Assembly: GCF_004765795.1 (NCBI RefSeq)
Contig: NZ_SBIV01000003.1
Coordinates: 186,001 to 250,000 of the forward strand
DNA from: Halorussus marinus
Lineage (GTDB): Archaea; Halobacteriota; Halobacteria; Halobacteriales; Haladaptataceae
DNA: 64,000 bases
Direction: 5' to 3'
Positions 33,500 to 44,080 of this stretch are shown here, piece by piece (position 1 is the stretch's first letter; each line of letters begins with the position of its first letter). The position numbers and the translations under genes were made by a program. The notes beneath the pieces are model-generated. The model did no database searches, was not told where the DNA came from, and saw only the letters and a list, made by a program, of their open reading frames with translations.

Positions 33500-33928
33500 A
33501 TGAGCAACGACGACTGCATCTTCTGTCAGATAGTCGACGGCGACATCCCGAGCCACACCGTCTTCGAGGACGACACCGCGATGGCCTTCCTCGACGCCAA
33601 CCCGCTCGCGCCCGGCCACACGCTCGTCATCCCGAAGGCCCACCACGAGACTCTCGAAGACGTGCCCGAGGAGACCGCGGCCCACGTCTTCGGCGTGCTC
33701 CACCGACTCAACACGTCGGTCCAGCACGCGGTCGACGCCGATGCCGCCAACGTCGCGTTCAACGACGGCGAGGCCGCCGGCCAGGAAGTCCCGCACGTCC
33801 ACGGACACATCATCCCGCGGTTCGACGCCGACGGCGGCAGTCCGATCCACGCGGTCGCGGGCCAGCGCCCCGACCTCACCGACGCCGAACTCGACGAGAT
33901 CGCCGAGGAGATCCACACCACGCGGTAG
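33500..33928 (+). CDS. HIT-family hydrolase
   Basis: CIFC, PGHTLVIPK, GQEVPHVHGH. Confidence 0.95.
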   Translation: MSNDDCIFCQIVDGDIPSHTVFEDDTAMAFLDANPLAPGHTLVIPKAHHETLEDVPEETAAHVFGVLHRLNTSVQHAVDADAANVAFNDGEAAGQEVPHVHGHIIPRFDADGGSPIHAVAGQRPDLTDAELDEIAEEIHTTR

Positions 33929-33988
33929 GCTCGCCGACCGCCGGCGGGCGGAGAGCCGGCTCCGCCAGCAAGCCTTACCGTAACTGCT

Positions 33989-33998
33989 GGTTATAACT
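33989..33998 (+). promoter_or_regulatory. TATA box of a probably leaderless metY-metX transcript
   Basis: TTATAA at 33991-33996, about 30 bp upstream of ATG 34024. Confidence 0.6.
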
Positions 33999-34023
33999 TA
34001 CTCGAAGAATATTCCTGTAGTAC

Positions 34024-35361
34024 ATGACAACCGAGGACGAGCCGCGCTTCGACACCCGGAGCCTCCACGCCGGACAGGAGGCCGACCCCGCCACGGGGGC
34101 GCGCGCGCCGCCCATCTATCAGACGACCTCCTTCGAGTTCGCGGACGCGGACCGCGCCGCCGACCTCTACGCGCTCGACGCGGAGGGCGACATCTACTCG
34201 CGCATCTCGAACCCCACGACCCGCGCGCTCGAAGAACGGCTCGCCTCCCTCGAAGGCGGCGCCGGTGCGATCGCCACCGCCTCGGGGATGGCGGCCTTCG
34301 ACGCGCTCACGCTCGTCCTCGCCGAGCGCGGGGACAACGTCGTCTGCTCGACCGACACCTACGGCGGGACGACCGCCCACCTCCGTCACACCGCGAGCAA
34401 GCGCGGGATCGAGCCCCGGTTCGTCGACACGCTCGACTACGACGCGTACGCCGAGGCGGTCGACGACGACACCGCCTACGTCCACGTCGAGACGGTGGGC
34501 AACCCCTCGCTCGTCACCCCCGACTTCGAGCGCGTCGCCGCGATCGCCCACGACGCGGGCGCGCCTCTCGTGGTCGACAACACGTTCGCGACGCCGTACC
34601 TCTGTACGCCCCTCGACCACGGCGCGGACGTCGTCTGGAACTCCACCACCAAGTGGCTCCACGGGAGCGGCACCACGGTCGGTGGCGCGCTGGTCGACGG
34701 CGGGAGCTTCGACTGGCGGGCCCACGCCGACGACTACCCCGAACTCGCTGGCGAGAATCCCGCGTATCACGCCACGGACTTCTCGCGTGACTTCGCCGAC
34801 GCGCCGCTGGCGGCGGCCGCGCGATACCGGGCGCTCCGGAGTCTCGGGAATCAGCAGTCGCCGTTCGACGCGTGGCAGACCCTCCAGGGGCTCGAAACCT
34901 TACCGCTCCGGATGGAGCGTCACTGCGAGAACGCCGCGATCGTCGCCGAGTACCTCGCGGACCACGAGGACGTGGCGTGGGTCGACTACCCCGGACTGGC
35001 GAGCCACGAGACCCACGACAACGCCTCTCAGTATCTGGCGGGCGGCTACGGCGGGATGATCGCGTTCGGGCTCGACGGCGCCGACGGCCCCGGCTCGCCC
35101 GCTCGCGACACCGAGTCTCGCGGCGGGTTCGAGGCGGGCAAGTCGTTCTGCGAGACCGTCGACCTCGCGAGCTTCCTCGCCAATATCGGCGACGCCAAGA
35201 CCCTCGTGATCCACCCCGCGAGCACCACCCACGCACAGCTCTCGGCCGACGAACAGCGCGCGGCGGGCGTCTCGCCCGACCTCGTGCGACTGTCGGTCGG
35301 CATCGAAGATCCGGCGGACCTGCTCGCCGACATCGAGCGGGCGATCGACGCGAGCACATGA
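34024..35361 (+). CDS. metY: O-acetylhomoserine aminocarboxypropyltransferase
   Basis: [47 protein letters not shown]; directly upstream of metX. Confidence 0.93.
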   Translation: MTTEDEPRFDTRSLHAGQEADPATGARAPPIYQTTSFEFADADRAADLYALDAEGDIYSRISNPTTRALEERLASLEGGAGAIATASGMAAFDALTLVLAERGDNVVCSTDTYGGTTAHLRHTASKRGIEPRFVDTLDYDAYAEAVDDDTAYVHVETVGNPSLVTPDFERVAAIAHDAGAPLVVDNTFATPYLCTPLDHGADVVWNSTTKWLHGSGTTVGGALVDGGSFDWRAHADDYPELAGENPAYHATDFSRDFADAPLAAAARYRALRSLGNQQSPFDAWQTLQGLETLPLRMERHCENAAIVAEYLADHEDVAWVDYPGLASHETHDNASQYLAGGYGGMIAFGLDGADGPGSPARDTESRGGFEAGKSFCETVDLASFLANIGDAKTLVIHPASTTHAQLSADEQRAAGVSPDLVRLSVGIEDPADLLADIERAIDAST

Positions 35362-36548
35362 GTCGGACGCGCGCGACCGCCGACCTCGGCGAGTTCGAGT
35401 TCGAGTGCGGCCGGACGATCCCGATCGAGGTCGCCTACGAGACCTACGGCGAGTACGACGGCGACAACGCGGTCCTGATCTGTCACGCGCTCACCGGGAG
35501 CGCCCACGTCACCGGCTCGACCCGAGACAATACGGACGGGCAGGCCGCGGCGTGGTGGAGCGATGTCGTCGGCCCCGGGAAGGCGGTCGACACCCGCGAG
35601 TACTTCGTGGTGTGTGCGAACGTCCCCGGGTCGTGTTACGGCACGACCGGGCCGGCCAGCGTCGACCCCGAGACCGGCGAGCCGTACGGCACCGACTTCC
35701 CGGCGGTGACCGTGACCGACTGGACGCGGGCACAAGCCCGACTCCTCGACCACCTCGGGGTCGGGCCGCTCCGGGCGGTCATCGGCGGTAGCGTCGGCGG
35801 GATGAACGTCCTCGAATGGGCAAAGCGGTATCCAGAGCGAGTCGACCGGGTGGTCCCGGTCGCGACCGCGGCCCGGCTCGACCCCCAGATCCTCGGTATC
35901 AACGCGGTCGCGCGCCGGGCCATCACCGGCGACGACGCGTGGAACGGCGGCCGGTACTACGGCGAGGGCCCCGACCCCGACGAGGGGCTGGCGGTCGCGC
36001 GCCAGCTCGGCCACGTCACCTACCTCTCGAAGGAGTCGATGGACCGGAAGTTCGGCCGCCGATCGGCGGGGATGCTCGTCCCCGACGGGTTCGCGCCCGA
36101 CGACCCCGCGGGGGAGTTTTTCCCCTACCGGGAGGTCGAGTCGTACCTCGACTATCAGGCCGGGAAGTTCGTCGACCGGTTCGACGCCAACAGCTACCTC
36201 TACCTGAGCCGGGCGATGGACGACTACGACCTCGCGTCGGGCTACGACTCGGACGCCGACGCGCTCGCGGGCTTCTCGGGGGAGGCGATGATCCTGAGCT
36301 TCACCGGCGACTGGCACTTCACGGTCGAGCAGGCCGAGCGCCTCGCCGCCGCGTTCGAGACCGCGGGCGTCGACGTCGCCCACCACGTCGTCGAGAGCGA
36401 CCACGGCCACGACGCCTTCCTCGTCGAACCCGAGGAGGTCGGGCCGCCGATCCGGGACTTCCTCGCGGCCGGCGTCGAGGGCCGGGCGGTCAGCGACGCC
36501 GACCAGGAGTCGTTCGCGCCGGTCCACACCAGCCTGTTCGGAAACTGA
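35358..36548 (+). CDS. metX: Homoserine O-acetyltransferase
   Basis: CHALTGS, GGSVGG nucleophile elbow, RFDANSY, HGHDAFL; ATGA overlap with metY. Confidence 0.95.
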   Translation: MSRTRATADLGEFEFECGRTIPIEVAYETYGEYDGDNAVLICHALTGSAHVTGSTRDNTDGQAAAWWSDVVGPGKAVDTREYFVVCANVPGSCYGTTGPASVDPETGEPYGTDFPAVTVTDWTRAQARLLDHLGVGPLRAVIGGSVGGMNVLEWAKRYPERVDRVVPVATAARLDPQILGINAVARRAITGDDAWNGGRYYGEGPDPDEGLAVARQLGHVTYLSKESMDRKFGRRSAGMLVPDGFAPDDPAGEFFPYREVESYLDYQAGKFVDRFDANSYLYLSRAMDDYDLASGYDSDADALAGFSGEAMILSFTGDWHFTVEQAERLAAAFETAGVDVAHHVVESDHGHDAFLVEPEEVGPPIRDFLAAGVEGRAVSDADQESFAPVHTSLFGN

Positions 36549-36637
36549 GCGCCGTCGGTCCGTCCGGGCCGGCCGATTCGTCCGCCGGCGGCGCTCGGCC
36601 ACGACTTTCTTACTCGTCGCTGTCGTCCGGGTTGTCC

Positions 36638-37681
36638 ATGCGAATACCAGCGGTACTACTGACAGTCGCGCTCGTCGGTGTCACACCGGCCACCGCAGTC
36701 GCGGCGGGCAGTCCGTCCGCGATCGGGGTCGCCGCCGACACGGGGACACAGCAGACCTGTGACTTCGAATCGCTGTACGACGAGACGATCCGGTCGGTCG
36801 TCACCATTCAGGTCCGGACCGACGGCGGCGGCGGACTCGGATCGGGCTTCGTCTACGACCAGTCGGGGCGAATCGTCACGAACCAACACGTCGTCGCCGA
36901 CGCCGAGACGGTCGAGGTCCAGTTCGACCGCGGCCAGTGGCGGACCGCCGAGGTCGTCGGCACCGACGCGTACAGCGACCTCGCGGTGCTGGAGGTCGAC
37001 GACGTGCCCGACTACGCCGACCCGCTCGCCGTCGAGTCGGGCCACCCCGAGACCGGCCGGCGGGTCGCCGCGCTGGGGAGCCCGCTCGGGCTTCAGGGCA
37101 CCATCACCGACGGCATCGTGAGCGGGACCAACCGCTCGCTCCCGTCGGGCCAGGAGGGCGGCCCGCAGTTCACGATTCCCAACACCCTGCAGACGACCGC
37201 GGCGATCAGCCCGGGTAACAGCGGCGGGCCGCTGGTCGACTGCACCGGGACGGTCGTCGGGGTCAACACCGCGGGCGCCCAGGGCGGGGAGAACATCGGC
37301 TTCGCGGTGCCGTCGACTCGCGTCGAGCGCGTCGTCCCGGCGTTGATCCAGAACGGCTCGTACACCCACTCGTTCCTCGGCATCTCGTCGAGAGACGTGT
37401 CGCCGGCGGTCGCCGAGCAGGCCGGACTCAACGTCACGTCCGGCGTGTTGGTCCAGCAAGTCATCTCCGGGTCGCCCGCCGACGGCGCGATCCAGAGCGG
37501 CGACGTGGTACTGCAGGTCGCGGGCCAGTCGGTCGCCTCGCAGGAGGATCTCGCGAGCGCCCTCGTGCGGTATCGGCCCGGCGACACCGTCTCGATGCAG
37601 ATCCTTCGCGACGGCGAGCGCCGGACCGTCGAGGTGACGCTCGGCGAGCGCCCCGCACCGGGCGAGACGCTGGGCGACTGA
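36638..37681 (+). CDS. HtrA/DegP-like serine protease with PDZ domain, secreted
   Basis: Signal peptide, TNQHVV, DLAVL, PGNSGGPL, C-terminal PDZ. Confidence 0.92.
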   Translation: MRIPAVLLTVALVGVTPATAVAAGSPSAIGVAADTGTQQTCDFESLYDETIRSVVTIQVRTDGGGGLGSGFVYDQSGRIVTNQHVVADAETVEVQFDRGQWRTAEVVGTDAYSDLAVLEVDDVPDYADPLAVESGHPETGRRVAALGSPLGLQGTITDGIVSGTNRSLPSGQEGGPQFTIPNTLQTTAAISPGNSGGPLVDCTGTVVGVNTAGAQGGENIGFAVPSTRVERVVPALIQNGSYTHSFLGISSRDVSPAVAEQAGLNVTSGVLVQQVISGSPADGAIQSGDVVLQVAGQSVASQEDLASALVRYRPGDTVSMQILRDGERRTVEVTLGERPAPGETLGD

Positions 37682-37764
37682 GCGGGCAGACCTGACGACT
37701 CTTTTCGGGCCGCGGACCGCTCTTGCACCGACAGTTATGACCCCTCGGTCCGAACCCGCCGCCA

Positions 37765-38652
37765 ATGCGCGTGCTGGTGACCGGAGCGACGGGATTCGTC
37801 GGCGGCCGGCTGGTGCCGGCCCTGATCGATGCGGGCCACGAGGTGGTCGCGCTCGTCAGGGACGCCGAGCGCTACGACCCGCCCGACGGGGTCGCGGTCG
37901 TCGAAGCCGACCTGCTCGACCCACAGAGCCTCGAGGGCTGTTTCGCGGACGTCGACGCCGCCTACTATCTCGTCCACTCGATGCAGACCGGCGGTGACTT
38001 CGCGGCCCGCGACCGCGCGGCGGCCCGGAACTTCGCCGACGCCGCCCGCGAGTCGCCGCTCGAGCGGGTCGTCTATCTCGCCGGACTGGGCGAGACCGGC
38101 GACGACCTCTCGGCCCACCTCAAATCCCGCCGGGAGGTCGAGTCGATCCTCGCGGGCGGCGAGTTTGACCTGACGGTGCTCCGGGCCGCGGTGATCGTCG
38201 GCGACGGGAGCGCGAGCTTCCGACTGATGCGCGAACTGGTCTCGAAGCTCCCGGTGATGATCACCCCGCGGTGGGTCCGCAACGACTGCCAGCCGATCGC
38301 GGTCGCCGACGTGGTGGCGTACCTCGTCGGGGTCCTCGACGCCCCCGAGACCGCGGGCGGGACCTACGAGATCGGCGGCCCGGAGGTGTTGAGCTACGCC
38401 GAGATGCTCCGCCGAACCGCCCGGACCGCCGGCCGACCGCTCGTGCTCGTTCCGGTGCCGGTCCTGACGCCGACACTGTCTGCCCACTGGCTCCGGCTGG
38501 TGACCGACGTGCCCGCGAGCGTCGCCCGGCCGCTCGTCGAGGGACTGAAAAACCCCGTCGTCGCCGACGACGAACGGATTCGCGAACTCGTTCCCGTCGA
38601 ACTGACGCCGTTCGACGCGGCGGTCGAGCGCGCACTGGCGGGCGGGGACTGA
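37765..38652 (+). CDS. NAD(P)-binding atypical SDR (YbjT/NDUFA9-like)
   Basis: VTGATGFVG, YYLVHSM, QPIAVADV. Confidence 0.88.
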   Translation: MRVLVTGATGFVGGRLVPALIDAGHEVVALVRDAERYDPPDGVAVVEADLLDPQSLEGCFADVDAAYYLVHSMQTGGDFAARDRAAARNFADAARESPLERVVYLAGLGETGDDLSAHLKSRREVESILAGGEFDLTVLRAAVIVGDGSASFRLMRELVSKLPVMITPRWVRNDCQPIAVADVVAYLVGVLDAPETAGGTYEIGGPEVLSYAEMLRRTARTAGRPLVLVPVPVLTPTLSAHWLRLVTDVPASVARPLVEGLKNPVVADDERIRELVPVELTPFDAAVERALAGGD

Positions 38653-39386
38653 TGGCGGGAGACGCCGGTGGCGACTCCGACTCCCCGACCCCCGAGTACG
38701 GCGAGACGTGGGTGTACGAGAGCATCGTCGGCGCGATCCCCGGGGTCGACCTCTCGCCGACCGCCGCGGTGACCGTCCAGTTCCTGCTGTTCGAGGGCGC
38801 GATGCTCGCGCTCGCGGCGGGCTACGACCTCTGGTCGGCCGTGCCCGCGGGCACCGCCGCGGTGGGGGTCGCGGCCGCCGGGAGCTATCTCATGCTCGCG
38901 CTCAGCCGCGAGATCCGGGCGTCGTCGGCACCGCCGGCCTACCCCCGGCTCCTGTTCGGGACGAGCATCGAGGTGGTGCTTGGCGTACTGGCGTTCGTCG
39001 CGCTGGTGACCGCCCTGCTCACCGGCGGCGCGGGCGTCGGCCGGCGCCCGCTTTTGACCGCCCTCCTCGGGCCGGCGCTCCCGGTGCCGGCGGTGTACCT
39101 CGCGCTGTTGGTGCTCTGGGACCTCTGTTACCGGATCGGCACCGGCTGGTGGGCCAGCGTCGTCGGGCTCTCCCGGTCGGTCCGGTACCGGCGGACGCTC
39201 GACGCCCCGACCCGGGCGCGACTCCGCCGGGCCGACCTGCTGACGATCGGGTTCGCCCTCGTCCAGTTGGCGCTGGTCCCGTTCGTCGGCGACCGGCCGG
39301 TGTTGCTCGTCGCCATCGTCGGCCACGTCCTCGCGGTGACGGTCGTCTCGGGGGCGTCGGTGGTGTTGCTCTCCCGGTCGGCCTGA
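38652..39386 (+). CDS. Conserved haloarchaeal membrane protein
   Basis: 6 TM segments; WVYESIVGA and WDLCYRIG motifs; translationally coupled to the SDR gene. Confidence 0.75.
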   Translation: MAGDAGGDSDSPTPEYGETWVYESIVGAIPGVDLSPTAAVTVQFLLFEGAMLALAAGYDLWSAVPAGTAAVGVAAAGSYLMLALSREIRASSAPPAYPRLLFGTSIEVVLGVLAFVALVTALLTGGAGVGRRPLLTALLGPALPVPAVYLALLVLWDLCYRIGTGWWASVVGLSRSVRYRRTLDAPTRARLRRADLLTIGFALVQLALVPFVGDRPVLLVAIVGHVLAVTVVSGASVVLLSRSA

Positions 39387-39401
39387 CCTCGGCGGGACCG
39401 A

Positions 39402-40460
39402 TCAGCGGTCCGCGTCGACCCGGTCGCCGGCGTCCAGTCCGCTCGCGAGCGCGGCGTGGAGTCGCCCCTCGCCGACCACCCAGTCGCCCGCGAAAAAGAG
39501 GCCGGCGTCGGCGCCCCGGTCGAGCGCCTCGCGGTCGGCGCCCGCGTCGGGCAGGGCCTCGCGCCACCGCACCACCTCCGCCCAGTCGAACCGCTCGCGG
39601 GCGGTATCGTCGAGCAGGTCGGCTGCCCGTTCGGCGGCCGCCGCCGCGAGCTCGTCGTCGGTGTCGTCGTAGCGCCGCCGGGACCACTCGGGCGCGGGCT
39701 GGACGACCAGCACGCTCTCGCCGTCGGGAACGTGGCCGGGCTTGCACTCCTCGCGGGCGACCCATCCGAGGTCGTGGCCCTTGTCGGCGTTCACCAGCGC
39801 GTAGTAGGGCGCCTCGATGCGGTCGCCGTAGCCGAGCGCGACCGACAGAATCGTCCGGTAGGGGACCGCCGACGCGGCCTCGACCAGCGTCGACCGAAGC
39901 CCGTCGTCGCCCAACTCGCTGTCGGCGAGCAGGTCGGCGGTCGTCGGCCCGGGCGGCGTGAGCACGACGGCGTCGGCTCGGACGGTCGCGCCGTCGCCGT
40001 CACCGTCGACCGACCCGCCGACGTCGCGGGTCTCGACCCGCCACCGATCGCCGTCGCGTGCGAGTCCCGTGACTTCGGTTCCGGTCCGCACGGCGGCGTC
40101 GCTCGCCGCCCGGAGTCGGTCGCCGAGCGCGGCCAGCCCCTCGCGGTAGGTCCACTTCGAGCCGTCGTCGCCCCGACCCTCCGAGATTTCGCCGTCGGCG
40201 TCGAACGTCCAGACCGGGCCGTCGGCCTCGACCAGCCCGTCCGAGAGCTCCTCGCGCAGGAGGCGGGCGACCCGGTCGTCGCCGTCCTTGCAGTAGTTCG
40301 CGCCCACGTCGACGGTACAGCCGTTCCGCCGCCGGGTCGCGGCCCGGCCGCCGACCGACTCGCGGCGCTCGAAGACGATCACCTCGGCGTCGGTTTCTCG
40401 AAGGCGGTAGGCGGCTCCGAGCCCGGCGACGCCCGCACCGACGATCGCGACTGTTGGCAT
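39402..40460 (-). CDS. Renalase-like FAD-dependent oxidoreductase
   Basis: VGAGVAG, GGRAATRR, RWREALP, AGDW. Confidence 0.88.
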   Translation of the reverse strand: MPTVAIVGAGVAGLGAAYRLRETDAEVIVFERRESVGGRAATRRRNGCTVDVGANYCKDGDDRVARLLREELSDGLVEADGPVWTFDADGEISEGRGDDGSKWTYREGLAALGDRLRAASDAAVRTGTEVTGLARDGDRWRVETRDVGGSVDGDGDGATVRADAVVLTPPGPTTADLLADSELGDDGLRSTLVEAASAVPYRTILSVALGYGDRIEAPYYALVNADKGHDLGWVAREECKPGHVPDGESVLVVQPAPEWSRRRYDDTDDELAAAAAERAADLLDDTARERFDWAEVVRWREALPDAGADREALDRGADAGLFFAGDWVVGEGRLHAALASGLDAGDRVDADR

Positions 40461-40623
40461 GCCTGATCCGTGGGACCGCGTCGGCAAAAGGCTGGCCGCG
40501 GTCCGGGTCGTCTCGGTTCGCTCGCGTCGGCCGAACAGGTAGTTCGTGCTGTCGATCGCTCGCTCGTCGCGACCGGGCGAGCGCGCCGCGGATCACTCGA
40601 ACCCTGAGGCGGCCGGTATCAGC

Positions 40624-41262
40624 TCATCCGAACAGCTCCTCCTCGTCGAGCACGTCCCGCAGTTCCTCCATCGAGCCGACCACCGCGTCGCAGGCCGGCC
40701 GGACGGCGGGCTTTGGCGCGAACCCGACCGCGAGCCCCGCGACCTCCAGCATCGGGAGGTCGTTAGCGCCGTCGCCGACCGCGATCGTCCGGCTGATGGG
40801 GATCTCGCGCTCGCCCGCGAGCCGTTCGAGCGCGTCGTCTTTGGTCCCCTCGATGAGCGGCCCCTCGACCGCGCCGGTGAGCCGGCCGTCTTCGACGGGC
40901 AGGCGGTTCGCGACCACGACGTCGACCGAGACGCCCGCCTTCGCCAGCGCGGCCTCGACGCCGCGCTCGAACCCGCCGGTCAGGATCGCGGTCGTCACGC
41001 CCGCCTCGTCGAGCTCGCGGATCACCGTGGCGGCGTCGGGCCGGAGCGCGACCTCGTCGAAGGCCGCTTTGGCCCCGTCGGTCGAGAGCCCCTCCAGCAG
41101 GGCCGCCCTGTCTCTGAGGCTCTCGGCGTAGCTGAGTTCGTCGTTCATCGCCCGCTCGGTGATGTCGGCCATCTCGTCGGCGACTCCCATCCGCTCGCCG
41201 AGCAACACCGTCATCTCCGAGTCCGAGAGCGTCCCGTCGAAGTCGAACGCGACCAGCGTCAT
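40624..41262 (-). CDS. serB: Phosphoserine phosphatase
   Basis: FDFDGTL, ITERAM, TGGF, GDGANDLPM. Confidence 0.93.
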   Translation of the reverse strand: MTLVAFDFDGTLSDSEMTVLLGERMGVADEMADITERAMNDELSYAESLRDRAALLEGLSTDGAKAAFDEVALRPDAATVIRELDEAGVTTAILTGGFERGVEAALAKAGVSVDVVVANRLPVEDGRLTGAVEGPLIEGTKDDALERLAGEREIPISRTIAVGDGANDLPMLEVAGLAVGFAPKPAVRPACDAVVGSMEELRDVLDEEELFG

Positions 41263-41342
41263 GGCGTCGGCTTGGTCGGGCGGGTGCTTGAAACGCCCGG
41301 AAGGTGCGCGTGTTGCGAGCGTCGCGGGCGCCCGACCGCGAC

Positions 41343-42071
41343 TCACTCGTAGCTGTCGAGGGTGGCGTTGACCCGCACGTCGGTTCCGTCGCCCTCCTCG
41401 GGGTCGACCTTCCGGACCCACGCGGTGTAGCTGTCGGGGAGTTCGGTCACGTCCACCCGGATCTTGAGGACGGTCGCCTCGCCGGCCTTGGCGGTCATCG
41501 CCTCGCGCTGGCTCCGCTCGAACGAGCCGTCGCCGGTCTTGACCTCACACCAGTACTCGGTCAGGACCGGCCGGTCGGGGCCGAGCCGGACCGTCGCCCG
41601 GCAGTCGGGCACCCACCGACGCGACGCCCCGACGACGACGGGCTCGGGGTCGGCGTCGAGTTCGACCCGGAGGTCCTCGTCGGGGAGCGCCGGATCGACC
41701 CGGGCGAAGTGAGCCAGCACCGGCGGGTTCACCGCCGGCGAGCAGACGACCGCCTCGCCGAGCGCGCCGTACTGGTTCGCCGCGGTGTCGAAGGTCAGCC
41801 CCCGGGCGGGCGTGCCGTCGGGGTCCCGGCGGCGGCGCTCGGGCCACGCGACGAGGTAGGCGTCGGCGTCCGAGGGGTCCTGCGGGGCCGCCCGCTGGAT
41901 CTTGAGCGGCGTCTCGCCCGCCGCCGAGAGCTCGCGGGCGCGGCGCCGAGCGTCGGCCTCGGAGTCGAACTTGGCGGTCTCGCCCTCCGCCCGCCCGAAC
42001 TGCCACGCCGCCTCGTTCGCGTCGGTCGCGCTGTCCTTGATCGCGACCCGGAACGGCTCGTCGTCTGTCAT
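41343..42071 (-). CDS. Hypothetical protein with C-terminal PD-(D/E)XK nuclease-like domain
   Basis: 242 aa from ATG 42071; GALGE...WVPDC...CEVKTG...SQREAM. Confidence 0.65.
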   Translation of the reverse strand: MTDDEPFRVAIKDSATDANEAAWQFGRAEGETAKFDSEADARRRARELSAAGETPLKIQRAAPQDPSDADAYLVAWPERRRRDPDGTPARGLTFDTAANQYGALGEAVVCSPAVNPPVLAHFARVDPALPDEDLRVELDADPEPVVVGASRRWVPDCRATVRLGPDRPVLTEYWCEVKTGDGSFERSQREAMTAKAGEATVLKIRVDVTELPDSYTAWVRKVDPEEGDGTDVRVNATLDSYE

Positions 42072-42180
42072 CGCTCGGGTGTGGACGCGCCGGCCATTTG
42101 AATGGCGACGAAACGACGTCGCCGGACCGGATCGCGGTGGCGTCGTCCTCGCGGTCGGCGACGACCGGCCGACGGTGGGT

Positions 42181-42558
42181 TCAGAGCCCGAGCGCCCGCC
42201 GGAGTCGACCGACCAGTCCGCCGTCCCGGACCGAGTCGCCGCCCGAGACCGGAAGCTCGCGGGCGAGCGCGTCGACCTCGCCGTCGCCGATCCGATCGTT
42301 GTGGCGGGCCTCCCCCAGCCACTGCTCCCACTCGTCGGGAGACAGCGTGCCGCGGGAGTCGGGTCCCCACTGCTCGACGAGCGCCGTCCGGTCGCGGAAC
42401 GGCACGTCCATCTCGCCGCCGCCCCAGTGGAGCGGCGAGAGCGCGAACTCGTAGTCGGCCTCGTCCGGGAACGCGACGCGGTAGGGGTAGTTGTTGTAGA
42501 GGAACACGTCGTCGGGCGCGACCGTCTCGCCGTTCGGGAGTTCGAGCGTCCGATCCAT
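42181..42558 (-). CDS. Hypothetical protein
   Basis: 125-aa acidic ORF with a basic amphipathic C-terminus. Confidence 0.7.
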   Translation of the reverse strand: MDRTLELPNGETVAPDDVFLYNNYPYRVAFPDEADYEFALSPLHWGGGEMDVPFRDRTALVEQWGPDSRGTLSPDEWEQWLGEARHNDRIGDGEVDALARELPVSGGDSVRDGGLVGRLRRALGL

Positions 42559-42692
42559 TCGGTCGACCTACGGTCCGGGCGCCTTTGAGCGTTCTGTCGG
42601 CGGGCGTCCGGCGAGTTCGGTCGCGAGCGCCGGGTCGCGCCGCGATCGGAGAACCGACGAACGAAAAGGCCTCGACCGACTATCGACGACCG

Positions 42693-43925
42693 ATGGACAT
42701 CGAGTTTCTCGGCGGGGCCCGCGAGATCGGCCGGAGCGCCGTTCTCGTCGACGACTCTCTTCTCCTCGATTTCGGGATGCTGACCGACAACCCCCCGCAG
42801 TTTCCGGTCGAGACGCCGACTCCCGACGCGGTCGTGGTGTCCCACGGCCACCTCGACCACGTCGGCACGGTACCGGCCCTGCTTTCGGGCGAGGCGCGGC
42901 CGCCGATTCACTGGACGCCGCCGACGTACGAACTCACGCTGACGCTCGCGCGAGACACGCTCAAACTGCACGGGGGGTCGTACCACTGCCCGTTCACCGA
43001 GACCGACCGCAAGCGCGTCACGCAGGTGTCGAACACCCACGGGTACCGCGAGCCCTTCGACGCCGCGGGCTACGAGGTGACCTTCTACAACGCGGGCCAC
43101 ATCCCGGGGAGCGCGCACGTCCTCGTCGACGACGGGGAGACGCGACTCCTCTACACCGGCGACTTCCACACCGACGACCAGCGTCTGGTCTCGGGGACGA
43201 CTGGGCGACCCGACGCCGACGCCGTCATCTGCGAGAGCACCTACGCCGACGTCGACCACGAGGACCGCTCCGTGGTGGAGAAACGGTTCGCAGAGAGCGT
43301 GAAGACGACGCTGTGGGAAGGCGGGACGGTCGTCGTTCCCGCGTTCGCGATCGGTCGGACGCAGGAGATGATGCTCATCTGCGAGGAGTACGACATCCCC
43401 TGTTACGTCGACGGGATGGGCAAGCAAGTCACCGAGATGCTTCGGCAGTATCCCGAGTTCGTTCGCGACGCAGACGCGTTTCGACGAGCGAAATCCCACG
43501 CGCGGTTCGTCACCGGACGAAACGGTCAGCGAAAGCGGATTACTGAACAGAAGGCCGCGATCATCACCACGAGCGGGATGCTCTCGGGCGGCCCCGCAAT
43601 GACCTACATCCCCGAGATCCGATCGAATCCGATGAACAAGATCACCATGACCGGCTATCAGGTCGACGGGACGCCCGGGCGCGATCTACTCGAAACCGGG
43701 AGCGCCGAGATCGACGGGCGCGTGATGCCCGTGAGCGCCCGAGTCGAACAGTACGACTTCTCGGCTCACGCCGACCGCGACGGGCTCGTGGAGCTTCTCT
43801 CGTCGTACGAGGACGCCGCCGTGCTCGTGAACCACGGCGACCGGTGCGAGCAGTTCGCGTCCGAGCTCCGGGCGGACGGCTTCGACGCGACGGCCCCGCA
43901 GGTCGGGTCGGTGCATCGCGTCTGA
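42693..43925 (+). CDS. Metallo-beta-lactamase beta-CASP ribonuclease (aCPSF2-like)
   Basis: LGGAREIGRS, SHGHLDH, AGHIPGS, YTGD, GRTQE, FSAHAD; no KH domain. Confidence 0.92.
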   Translation: MDIEFLGGAREIGRSAVLVDDSLLLDFGMLTDNPPQFPVETPTPDAVVVSHGHLDHVGTVPALLSGEARPPIHWTPPTYELTLTLARDTLKLHGGSYHCPFTETDRKRVTQVSNTHGYREPFDAAGYEVTFYNAGHIPGSAHVLVDDGETRLLYTGDFHTDDQRLVSGTTGRPDADAVICESTYADVDHEDRSVVEKRFAESVKTTLWEGGTVVVPAFAIGRTQEMMLICEEYDIPCYVDGMGKQVTEMLRQYPEFVRDADAFRRAKSHARFVTGRNGQRKRITEQKAAIITTSGMLSGGPAMTYIPEIRSNPMNKITMTGYQVDGTPGRDLLETGSAEIDGRVMPVSARVEQYDFSAHADRDGLVELLSSYEDAAVLVNHGDRCEQFASELRADGFDATAPQVGSVHRV

Positions 43926-44080
43926 GCGATCGCAGTCGAGAACGCCGGGGTCGGCTCGGAACGCGCTGACCGATTCTCATCCGACACCGGGTGTGTGGCG
44001 GCTCGTGCGGTCGTTCGTCTCGCGTCCGCACGGACCGCGACGCGAAAGCACCGCGAACGGCTCGTCGCGACGATCGGCGA

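Noticed and set aside
41343..43499. 718-aa minus-strand ORF as a single protein
   Set aside because: The N-terminal part is antisense to the beta-CASP gene and overlaps the 125-aa gene; only 41343-42071 looks coding
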